Shown here piece after piece: positions 8,915 through 17,326 of a DNA stretch of 64,000 nucleotides; position 1 is the first letter of the stretch, and the number at the start of each line of letters is the position of its first letter. Below the pieces are notes generated by a model. The model searched no databases. It was not told the origin of the DNA and worked only from the letters and a program-made list of their open reading frames with translations. This stretch comes from Gammaproteobacteria bacterium. GTDB taxonomy: Bacteria; Pseudomonadota; Gammaproteobacteria; Pseudomonadales; Azotimanducaceae. Where the stretch lies: positions 682 through 64,681 of the forward strand of contig JASJXV010000002.1 of the NCBI GenBank assembly GCA_030123805.1, read 5' to 3'. Position numbers and translations under genes: made by a program.

Positions 8915-11626
8915 GTGATTGAACAGCAGACAGTTTCTTTACTGGAAGTATTCGAAGCTCTGGACCGCGGCCTGACCCTGGTTACCGGAAACAACCGCCT
9001 GGCAGGCGCCATCCGTCAGGCCTTTGAACAAGCGGCGATGAACAAAGGGCTTGAAGTTTGGCCAACCCCGCATCTATTGCCCTGGACGGCCTGGTTGCAG
9101 AGTAGCTGGGATGAGGCTGTGGTTTCGGGGGCATTACCGGACCTGTTGCTCACGTCTCAACAGGAACAACGTATCTGGGAAGACATTATTGCGCAAACCG
9201 TGGCGGATCAGCCATTGCAGCAGTTAACGGGGACAGTGCGTCGAGCGCAGGAAGCCTGGCAGTTGATGCAATCCTGGCAACTGGCATTGGATGCGGCCGT
9301 ATTTACTTACAACAGTGACAGCACGGCATTTTGGCAATGGGCATCGAGATTCGAGGCCAGGTGTGCGGAACAAGGTTGGCTACCCCTCGCCCGACTTGCG
9401 GATGAACTTCAGCGCAGCATTCAGGCAGGCGCATTGGTTACGCCTGCGGAACTGGTGTTGATCGGTTTCGATGAACTGACTCCACAGCAGCAGTCGTTGT
9501 TACAAGCACTTGGATCGTCAGGTTGCGATATACGCTGGGTGCAACTCCCGGGCAAGGAGAGTCTGGCAGCCAGAATCGGCTGCGTCGATGAGCGTCAGGA
9601 AGCCGCTACAGTTGCCCGTTGGGTCCGGCAGCGACTCGACGAGAATCCCGAGGTGGAGATCGGTGTCGTTGTTCCTGAGCTTGCATCACAACGGGATTTA
9701 ATGATTCAGGCGCTTGATGAAGTCCTGGTTCCGAATGCACTAAATCCGGGGCAACAATCTGTAGCGCGACCCTATAACATCTCGCTCGGTTCGCCATTGA
9801 GTGAGTATCCCATAATCAGTACTGCACTGCAGTTGCTCAGCCTGTTGAAACCGACCATCAGTCTGGAAGACGCGGGCAGATTACTGCGTTCACCGTTCGT
9901 TGCAGGCTGGGAACAGGAAGCCAATGCCCGGGCGTTACTGGATGGGAGATTGCGTGAAACAGGCGAACTCCAAGTGTCTTTGAGTACGCTGCGCTATTAC
10001 GCATCCCGAACCAGCCAGGCTTACTCATGCCCTGTGCTTGCAGAAAATCTTGACGCCTGGGTGAAGGCGGCGCGCGATTGCCCGCGCATTAATAGTCCCG
10101 GAACCTGGTCGGAACGGTTTGCCGGATTATTAAAGAGCATTGGCTGGGCCAGCGGCCGTACCTTGTCAAGTGAAGAGTACCAGGCTACCGAGGCATGGCG
10201 AGAACTGTTGGGCACCTTTGCAGGTCTGGAGTTGGTAACAGAGCCGATGACGGCATCTATCGCCCTGGCGCTACTGCGACGCCTGGCCGGGGAGCGGACT
10301 TTTCAGCCGCAAACCGGGGTGGTACCTGTGCAAGTGCTGGGTATGCTTGAGGCCGGCGGGCTCCAGTTTGATCACCTGTGGATCATGGGTCTTCATGACG
10401 GCGTCTGGCCAATGTCGCCACGACCGAATCCGTTTATCCCATTACCTTTGCAGCGCGGGGCTGGATTGCCGCATTCAAGTGAGGCGCGGGAGTTACAAGT
10501 GTCGCGTATCATCACCAGTCGCATGTTGACGAGTGCCGCCGAGGTGGTCGTGAGTTTTCCGCAGCGCAGTGGTGAAGAGGAACTGCGGCCCAGTCCTCTG
10601 ATTACTGATCTTGCAATTCTGGATCCGGAAGCTCTACGGCTGTGGCCAGCTCCCACTTGGCGGCATGGCGTTCACCTCAGTGCCAGGCTAACACCATTGC
10701 AGGAAGATCCCGCACCGCCCCTGGAGCAGGTAGAAGTCGGTGGTGGCAGCGCCGTTTTCAAACTCCAGGCAGCGTGCCCGTTTCGTGCCTTCGCGGAACT
10801 GCGCCTGGGGGCGCGTGCACTGGGGCAAGCGGACATCGGGTTGGATGCCATGACCCGAGGGTCACTGATGCACAGTGTACTCGAGAAAGTGTGGCACGCA
10901 TTGGTTTCACATAGCCAACTTATCGCCATGGATGCGACCCAGCTGGAAGCCTTGATTGCCAACAAGGTTGGTGAGGCGATAGATGCAATTGCCAACAGGT
11001 ATCCACAAACATTTACCGGACGCTTCCGGCACATGGAAGCGGAGCGCTTGTGTCGACAAGTGCTGCAATGGTTGGAGTTGGAGAAACAACGTGTGCCGTT
11101 TCGCGTCGTGGAGAGGGAACAGAAACACGCAGCGATTGCCGGAGGGGTCCGTGTGCAGCTAAAAGTCGATCGCATCGATGAACTGGCCGACGGCCGCCAG
11201 CTTGTGATTGACTACAAGACCGGTGAGGTAATGCCGGGTCATTGGTTTGGCGAGCGGCCCGACGAGCCGCAACTGCCGCTCTACAGCATGGCAGTTGATG
11301 GTTATGTCGCTGGCGTACTGTTCGCGCAGGTGAAGGCAGGTGGCATGGCATTTGTCGGCGTGGCTGAAGAGAAAGGGCTGGTGCCTGGTGTGAAGTCGTA
11401 TGAGAAGTTGCCGCAGACACGCGAAGCGAACTCATGGTCGGCTGTGTTACGCGATTGGCGGGCTACGATGGACCGCCTGGGTGATGCTTTTCGCAATGGC
11501 GAAGCGGCGGTTGATCCGAAGCAGTATCCGGTCACCTGCAGCTACTGTGAACTCAAGCCATTGTGTCGTATCAACGAGTTGAGAGAATTGGACGGCGAGT
11601 CTTCCAATAAGGAGGACCAGGCATGA
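8915..11626 (+). CDS. AddB-like PD-(D/E)XK nuclease subunit with Fe-S cysteine cluster
   Basis: 903 aa. The C-terminal nuclease motif is VDRIDELADGRQLVIDYKTG. It is flanked by the cysteines of QAACPFRAF and TCSYCELKPLC, a 1+3 Cys pattern as in AddB. There is no Walker A. The gene overlaps the next gene by ATGA. Confidence 0.75.
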   Translation: MIEQQTVSLLEVFEALDRGLTLVTGNNRLAGAIRQAFEQAAMNKGLEVWPTPHLLPWTAWLQSSWDEAVVSGALPDLLLTSQQEQRIWEDIIAQTVADQPLQQLTGTVRRAQEAWQLMQSWQLALDAAVFTYNSDSTAFWQWASRFEARCAEQGWLPLARLADELQRSIQAGALVTPAELVLIGFDELTPQQQSLLQALGSSGCDIRWVQLPGKESLAARIGCVDERQEAATVARWVRQRLDENPEVEIGVVVPELASQRDLMIQALDEVLVPNALNPGQQSVARPYNISLGSPLSEYPIISTALQLLSLLKPTISLEDAGRLLRSPFVAGWEQEANARALLDGRLRETGELQVSLSTLRYYASRTSQAYSCPVLAENLDAWVKAARDCPRINSPGTWSERFAGLLKSIGWASGRTLSSEEYQATEAWRELLGTFAGLELVTEPMTASIALALLRRLAGERTFQPQTGVVPVQVLGMLEAGGLQFDHLWIMGLHDGVWPMSPRPNPFIPLPLQRGAGLPHSSEARELQVSRIITSRMLTSAAEVVVSFPQRSGEEELRPSPLITDLAILDPEALRLWPAPTWRHGVHLSARLTPLQEDPAPPLEQVEVGGGSAVFKLQAACPFRAFAELRLGARALGQADIGLDAMTRGSLMHSVLEKVWHALVSHSQLIAMDATQLEALIANKVGEAIDAIANRYPQTFTGRFRHMEAERLCRQVLQWLELEKQRVPFRVVEREQKHAAIAGGVRVQLKVDRIDELADGRQLVIDYKTGEVMPGHWFGERPDEPQLPLYSMAVDGYVAGVLFAQVKAGGMAFVGVAEEKGLVPGVKSYEKLPQTREANSWSAVLRDWRATMDRLGDAFRNGEAAVDPKQYPVTCSYCELKPLCRINELRELDGESSNKEDQA

Positions 11627-14600
11627 GTGAACAGCAAAGAATAGCCGATCAGGATGCCCGCTCACGCGCACTCGACGCATCAAAATCGTTCATTGTTCAG
11701 GCACCGGCGGGTTCCGGGAAAACGGCGTTGCTCAGCCAGCGGTTTCTGGTACTGCTGGCGGGAGTCGACGCGCCGGAGGAGATTGTCGCCATTACGTTTA
11801 CCCGTAAGGCGGCGAGTGAGATGCGCCAACGGATACTACAGGCATTGCAGCAGGCCGGGAATGATCAACCGCCGGAGATGGATCATGAAAGGCGCACCTG
11901 GGAACTGGCCCAGCGAGCACTCGCACGTGACCAGCAACAGGGATGGCAGCTGCTTGATAATCCGTCGCGCCTGCGCATCCAGACGATCGACTCCCTGTGT
12001 ACGGCATTGGCGCGTCAGATGCCTATCCTGTCCCGGTTTGGTTCGGTGCCAGCCATTGCCGAAGATGCCGGGTCACTTTATCTCGAAGCGGCCAGGAACA
12101 CCCTTGCAGAGTTGGCATCCAGTGCCAAATGGTCGGACGCCATCGCGCATCTGGTACAGCATCTGGATAATCGGCTGGATAAATTGCAGGGGCTGATTTC
12201 GACCATGCTTGCCCGGCGGGATCAATGGTTGCGCCACGTCGCCGATCCAGACCATCCTTACCTGGAACGGGAAAACCTGGAAGCCGCCATGGCGCGTCTG
12301 GTGACAGATGCGTTACATGAACTGGCAAAACATGTCCCTGCGGCGTGTGGACCGGAGCTGATCGAGTTGGTTCGATTCGCTGCGGGTAATCTGGATACTG
12401 ATTCTCCAGTTGCCGCTTGTAGTGAGCTTGGCGAATTGCCGGGATGGCAAGTGGAGGATCGTCGGCAGTGGCATGGTGTGGCTGAAATGCTGTTGACGAA
12501 AGGAGGTACCTGGCGGAAAAGGTTGACCAGGAATGAGGGATTCCCGGCATCAAGTAGTGCAGAGAATCAGCAGGAGCAAGCCCTGTTTAATGAGATGAAG
12601 CAGCGTATGACAACGCTGTTGGATTCATTGCAGGGCGAAGATGCATTCCGAGAACAGTTGGCTCTGTTGCGGCAGTTACCGCCGCACCAATACACCAATG
12701 GTGAGTGGGAGACGCTACAGGACCTGGTTGAACTGTTGCGTGTGGCGGCAGCTCACCTGGAGCTCGTGTTCAGCGAACGGGGACAGGTGGATTTTCCCGC
12801 CCTGGTCCAGGCAGCCATCAGGGCATTGGGTGATCCTGAGGCGCCGACGGACCTGGCGTTGGCGTTGGACTATCGAATTCGCCACCTATTGGTGGACGAG
12901 TTTCAGGATACCTCGTTCAATCAGTATGCACTACTGAAACGATTGACGGCTGGCTGGCAGCCGGAAGACGGCCACACTTTATTCGTGGTAGGTGATCCCA
13001 TGCAGTCCATTTATCGTTTCCGGGAAGCGGAGGTGGGGCTATTTCTCGCTGCAAGAGAGCACGGCATTGGTCAGGTGTTGCTTGAGTTTCTTCGCCTGTC
13101 GGTCAATTTCCGTTCGCAACAGGGGATCGTCGATTGGATCAATCAGCATTTTCCGGAGGTGCTGCCTGCAGATGACGACGTCGCTGGTGGTGCCGTGTCC
13201 TATGCACCGTCGACAGCCTTTCATCCGCCATTGGCACGGGATGCCGTTACCGTCCATGCATCGCTCGAACGCGACGATATCAATGAAGCACAACAGGTCG
13301 TGTCGATTGTGCAGCAAGCAAAGACAGAGCACCCGGACGGCACTACCGCGATTCTTGTGCGCAGCCGTACCCACCTGGAGCAGATCGTAACCCAGCTGCA
13401 GAAAGCCGGGCTGCGTTTTCAGGCAGTGGAAATTAAGCGCCTGGCGCAACGGCCGGTGGTGCAGGATCTGCTGGCGCTGACCCGGGCATTGAACCATAGC
13501 GGTGACCGCATTGCGTGGTTGGCGGTGCTTCGTGCGCCCTATTGTGGCTTGACACTCGAAGATCTGCACACCCTGGCAGGAGACGATTCTGCTCGAACAA
13601 TGCACGAGTTACTGCATCAAGAACAGCGCATAGACCAACTGAGTGAAGATGGCCGTTGCCGCATTGTCCGGGTATTGCCGGTGTTGGATACGGCACTCTC
13701 GGAACAGGCACGCCGTTCCTTGCGTAGTCATGTCGAAGGCGTGTGGATCGCACTCGGTGGACCGGCCTGCGTGACTGACGAGACTGATCTGGAAGATGCA
13801 GAAGTTTACTTTCAGTTGCTTGAAAGACTCGGCAATGCAGGGGAAGTACCGGATATCCACGAGCTCAACAAGCAGGTTGAGCAGCTATTTGCTCTACCAG
13901 ACGTGGTAGCGGACGATTCCCTGCAGCTCATGACCGTGCATAAAGCCAAAGGACTGGAGTTCGATACGGTCATTATGCCCGGACTGGGCCGCAGCCCGCG
14001 ACAAGATGAGGCAAAGTTGTTGCATTGGTTAGAACGTGGTCACGAGTCAGGTGATAGCGAGCTTCTGCTTGCACCTATTAGCGCCCACGGCGAGGACAAG
14101 AACCCGATGGCTGCATACCTGCAACAATTAGATAAAGCCAGGGGACGTTTTGAGGATAGTCGTTTGCTGTACGTTGCCGCGACCCGGGCAAAGCAGCGCC
14201 TGCACCTCCTGGGACATGTTGGGATTCAGGAAACGGACGCTGGTTTTGATCTAAGTCAGCCGCCCAGAGATTCGCTTCTGGCACGCCTGTGGCCGGTGGT
14301 GGAAAATGATTTTCAATCTCTACTTGCCGCGCTCGGTGATGAAATGCAGCTACACAATGATGTGCTTGAACCAGCAGCCCACACCGCCGTGCGCACCCGG
14401 TTAGCCATGGACTGGTCTTTGCCCGCCCCGCCGGAATCCGTTCAGATTACTGGCACTGCCGTGGCAAGCGCAGCGGAAGAGGTACTGGAATTTGATTGGG
14501 CAGGCGAGACTGCGCGACACGTGGGTACCGTAGTGCATCGACTGCTCCAATACCTGGGGAAAATTGGTATCGACCATATTGAGTCGGCCGACGTGCGTCG

Positions 14601-15030
14601 TTTCGAACCTGTTGGTCGCAATATGCTGGCATGCCTGGGAGTGCCGGAGGCGCGTCTCAAGGTTGCGGTTGAAGAGATATGTGCAGCTCTCCAGGCGGCA
14701 TTAGAAGACCAGCGGGGCCAGTGGATTTTGAGTGGACAGCACCAGCAAGCGAGCTGTGAGCTGGCGTTGAGTGGCATACGGGACGGCGGCATAGACCGCA
14801 TGGTGATCGATCGGACCTTTGTGGATGAGCATGGCACGCGCTGGATCATCGATTACAAGACAGGCACCCACACCGGGGGTGGTGTTGATGAGTTCCTTGA
14901 CCGAGAGCAGCAGCGCTATCGGCAACAGTTGCAACGTTACGCTAGCATCATGAGCAAAATGGAAGCCAATCCAATCCGTCTGGGCCTGTATTTTCCGCTT
15001 CTCGGGGGATGGCGAGAGTGGCCATATTAA
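11623..15030 (+). CDS. AddA-like UvrD/Rep-family helicase with C-terminal PD-(D/E)XK nuclease
   Basis: 1135 aa. Walker A is QAPAGSGKT, helicase motif II is LLVDEFQDTS, and the C-terminal nuclease motif is DRMVIDRTFVDEHGTRWIIDYKTG. Confidence 0.85.
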   Translation: MSEQQRIADQDARSRALDASKSFIVQAPAGSGKTALLSQRFLVLLAGVDAPEEIVAITFTRKAASEMRQRILQALQQAGNDQPPEMDHERRTWELAQRALARDQQQGWQLLDNPSRLRIQTIDSLCTALARQMPILSRFGSVPAIAEDAGSLYLEAARNTLAELASSAKWSDAIAHLVQHLDNRLDKLQGLISTMLARRDQWLRHVADPDHPYLERENLEAAMARLVTDALHELAKHVPAACGPELIELVRFAAGNLDTDSPVAACSELGELPGWQVEDRRQWHGVAEMLLTKGGTWRKRLTRNEGFPASSSAENQQEQALFNEMKQRMTTLLDSLQGEDAFREQLALLRQLPPHQYTNGEWETLQDLVELLRVAAAHLELVFSERGQVDFPALVQAAIRALGDPEAPTDLALALDYRIRHLLVDEFQDTSFNQYALLKRLTAGWQPEDGHTLFVVGDPMQSIYRFREAEVGLFLAAREHGIGQVLLEFLRLSVNFRSQQGIVDWINQHFPEVLPADDDVAGGAVSYAPSTAFHPPLARDAVTVHASLERDDINEAQQVVSIVQQAKTEHPDGTTAILVRSRTHLEQIVTQLQKAGLRFQAVEIKRLAQRPVVQDLLALTRALNHSGDRIAWLAVLRAPYCGLTLEDLHTLAGDDSARTMHELLHQEQRIDQLSEDGRCRIVRVLPVLDTALSEQARRSLRSHVEGVWIALGGPACVTDETDLEDAEVYFQLLERLGNAGEVPDIHELNKQVEQLFALPDVVADDSLQLMTVHKAKGLEFDTVIMPGLGRSPRQDEAKLLHWLERGHESGDSELLLAPISAHGEDKNPMAAYLQQLDKARGRFEDSRLLYVAATRAKQRLHLLGHVGIQETDAGFDLSQPPRDSLLARLWPVVENDFQSLLAALGDEMQLHNDVLEPAAHTAVRTRLAMDWSLPAPPESVQITGTAVASAAEEVLEFDWAGETARHVGTVVHRLLQYLGKIGIDHIESADVRRFEPVGRNMLACLGVPEARLKVAVEEICAALQAALEDQRGQWILSGQHQQASCELALSGIRDGGIDRMVIDRTFVDEHGTRWIIDYKTGTHTGGGVDEFLDREQQRYRQQLQRYASIMSKMEANPIRLGLYFPLLGGWREWPY

Positions 15031-15033
15031 ATG

Positions 15034-15121
15034 AGAATTAAAGGGGACGGAGGGATTATTTTTTAACCAATCTGTATATACAGATTGGTTAAAAAATAAT
15101 CCCTCCGTCCCCTTTAATTCT
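15034..15121. repeat. 88-bp perfect palindrome (44-bp arms, no spacer) of the GGGGACGGAG-core family; possible bidirectional terminator
   Basis: Checked base by base: 15034-15077 (AGAATTAAAGGGGACGGAGGGATTATTTTTTAACCAATCTGTAT) is the exact reverse complement of 15078-15121. It fills the gap between the convergent stops at 15030 and 15147. Confidence 0.9.
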
Positions 15122-15146
15122 TTAATTTGTTACTTTAGAAATGGGG

Positions 15147-16334
15147 TCAGCAGTCTGCATCCTTCGCCAGCTTTTTCTCCACCAGGTTCGCAAAGAAGCT
15201 GACGCCATACGGAATGGCCTGGTCATTGAATTCATAACCCGGATTATGCACTCCACAGACAGACTCGCCATCTCCGTTACCAATATTGATGTAACAACCG
15301 GATACCTGTTGCAACATAAACGAAAAATCTTCAGATGCCATTATCAGCGGGGGTTTTCGCACGACGTTTTCCTGTGACACGATAGTGGCGCAAATATCCG
15401 CCGCGTAATCAGCTTCAACCGGGTCGTTGATCGTTGGGGCAAACATATTTCGAAAATCGACCTTCGCCTCGGCACCGAATGAAGCAGCCACACCAGTGGA
15501 TAATTCATTCATTCTGGCTTCAATATGATCCATAACCTGGGAAGAAAATGCTCGAACGGTACCACTGATACGGGCAGCCTGGGGAATCACATTGTAGGCA
15601 TCTCCGGAATGAATTTGCGTAACTGACAGAACCGCAGTGTCTAGAGGTGAGGTGTTTCTGGAGATGATGGATTGTAGTGCGACCACCAGGTGGGAAGAGA
15701 CTACCACCGGATCTATGCTAGTCTCCGGGCGAGCGCCGTGGGCACCTTTGCCTTCAATGTCTATGTCAAAAAAAGCACCGCCCGCCATCATCGGACCGCT
15801 ACGGACTGCGAAGTGACCGACGGCTAAGCCCGGCGCATTGTGCATGGCAAATATGCTGTCACACGGGAATTGTTGAAACAAGCCGTCTTCAATCATGGCG
15901 CTGGCGCCACCGATACCTTCTTCAGCGGGTTGGAATATAAAGATGACCTGGCCTGCAAAATTCTGCGTTTCAGCCAGGTATTTGGCTGCACCCAACAGCA
16001 TGGTTGTGTGACCGTCATGTCCGCAGGCATGCATTTTCCCTTCCACAGTGGAACGATGCGCGAAGTCGTTTGCTTCAATGATGGGCAGCGCATCCATATC
16101 CGCCCTCAGCCCCACGGAACGAGTGTCGTTGCCAACTTTCAATACCCCCACTACGCCGGTTCTGCCGATGCCTCGATACACGTCCAGGCCATATTCCTGC
16201 AGTTTTTCCGCAACCAGATCTGATGTTCTGCGTTCTTCGAAACCCAATTCGGGATGAGCGTGGATGTCACGTCTGATTTGAGTCAACTCTTCCTGGAGGC
16301 TTGCTATCCGTTTGTCTATTAACGCTTTGTTCAT
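15147..16334 (-). CDS. M20-family amidohydrolase (hippurate hydrolase / N-acyl-amino-acid amidohydrolase type)
   Basis: MNKALIDK... starts at 16334 with GAGGAG upstream. HAHPELGFEE, MHACGHDGH and QPAEEG are M20D motifs. The 572-aa ORF-track extension upstream is not supported. Confidence 0.85.
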   Translation of the reverse strand: MNKALIDKRIASLQEELTQIRRDIHAHPELGFEERRTSDLVAEKLQEYGLDVYRGIGRTGVVGVLKVGNDTRSVGLRADMDALPIIEANDFAHRSTVEGKMHACGHDGHTTMLLGAAKYLAETQNFAGQVIFIFQPAEEGIGGASAMIEDGLFQQFPCDSIFAMHNAPGLAVGHFAVRSGPMMAGGAFFDIDIEGKGAHGARPETSIDPVVVSSHLVVALQSIISRNTSPLDTAVLSVTQIHSGDAYNVIPQAARISGTVRAFSSQVMDHIEARMNELSTGVAASFGAEAKVDFRNMFAPTINDPVEADYAADICATIVSQENVVRKPPLIMASEDFSFMLQQVSGCYINIGNGDGESVCGVHNPGYEFNDQAIPYGVSFFANLVEKKLAKDADC

Positions 16335-16472
16335 CCAATCACTCCTCGGTAACCCCTGATTAATGTCTGATCGCCGGATCGCCGGGACGCCGGAGCGAAA
16401 AATCCAATTGATCAAAACTTGCCTATTGTATACTGTGACATTTCCAGCGAATTTGACAGAGGAGATGTTTTC

Positions 16473-17234
16473 GTGATTGACGTATATTACTGGCCCACCC
16501 CAAACGGGTGGAAAGTAACTATCATGCTTGAGGAGTGCGGTCTTGACTACAAAGTCATCCCGGTTGATATCGGAGGCGGTGATCAATTCAAGCCGGAGTT
16601 CTTGCGCATCAGCCCGAATAATCGCATGCCAGCAATTGTCGATCATGATCCAATGGGAGGCGGCGAGCCGCTGGCCATATTTGAATCGGGAGCAATCCTT
16701 GAGTATCTGGCTGAAAAGACCGGTAAGTTCCTGCCTGCTGCCCCAACTGACCGATACAAAGTACTGCAGTGGGTTCACTGGCAGATGGCAAATCTGGGAC
16801 CCATGATGGGGAATGCAAATCATTTTAAGAATTATGGGAAAAATATCGCAGACGATCCGAAACAACTGGAATATGGTATAAAAAGATTTGTCGGCGAAGT
16901 TGATCGCCTGTCAGGTGTGATGGATGCACAATTATCGGCTAACCGGTTCCTTGCCGGGGATGAATACACAATCGCCGATATAATCAGTTGGCCCTGGGCA
17001 ATGTTGATTGGCAGGCTCATAGACGAAAACATGTGGAGTGAGTTTCCGCATCTGAAACGCTGGGTCGATGCGGTCGGTGCGCGACCGGCGGTCGAAACAG
17101 GAAGGCATGTCGGCAGCGATCTGGGCAAGCGTGAATTGACAGAGGAAGAGGAAAAAGCGCGCCGTGATTTACTGTTCAATCAGACCAATGCGAAAGTTCG
17201 AAAGGCCCGGGAAGAAGCGGTCAAAAACAGCTAA
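16473..17234 (+). CDS. Nu-class glutathione S-transferase (YfcG/YghU-like)
   Basis: GTG at 16473 lies 8 nt after GAGGAG (16459-16464). IDVYYWPTPNGWKVTIMLEECGLDYKVIPVDIGGGDQFKPEFLRISPNNRMPAIVD closely parallels the E. coli YfcG N-terminus as I remember it. Confidence 0.85.
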   Translation: MIDVYYWPTPNGWKVTIMLEECGLDYKVIPVDIGGGDQFKPEFLRISPNNRMPAIVDHDPMGGGEPLAIFESGAILEYLAEKTGKFLPAAPTDRYKVLQWVHWQMANLGPMMGNANHFKNYGKNIADDPKQLEYGIKRFVGEVDRLSGVMDAQLSANRFLAGDEYTIADIISWPWAMLIGRLIDENMWSEFPHLKRWVDAVGARPAVETGRHVGSDLGKRELTEEEEKARRDLLFNQTNAKVRKAREEAVKNS

Positions 17235-17326
17235 TAGCGCATAGAGACAGCAGGTCACTAGACGATGGGGCCGGGTCTTGAGCAAGAATAATGACTTTAA
17301 TATTTTAATATTTGGGGGTTGGGTTT

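Noticed and set aside
9510-14934. More than twenty ORFs of 60-188 aa on both strands inside the addB-like/addA-like genes (for example 10672-11175, 12023-12553 and 13039-13605, all minus strand).
   Set aside because: All are nested in or antisense to two long ORFs with clear helicase/nuclease motifs. Their products are Arg/Pro/Ala/Ser-rich low-complexity strings typical of chance open frames in G+C-rich DNA.
8915-15030. I considered whether the helicase-nuclease pair is a phage-defence system (Gabija-, Hachiman- or other UvrD-helicase-based systems), given the neighbouring IS/TA islet.
   Set aside because: The architecture is that of AddAB DNA-end-processing enzymes: a large Walker-A-less subunit with a Fe-S-flanked PD-(D/E)XK domain plus a UvrD-type helicase with its own C-terminal nuclease. 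Nothing in the sequence points to a defence-specific domain. Only the atypical composition is reported.
16335-16865. N-terminal 177-aa extension of the 572-aa ORF-track entry for the M20 amidohydrolase.
   Set aside because: The M20 homology starts at MNKALIDK (16334), which has its own GAGGAG ribosome-binding site. The extension would overlap the divergent GST gene and its promoter, and it has no recognisable features.
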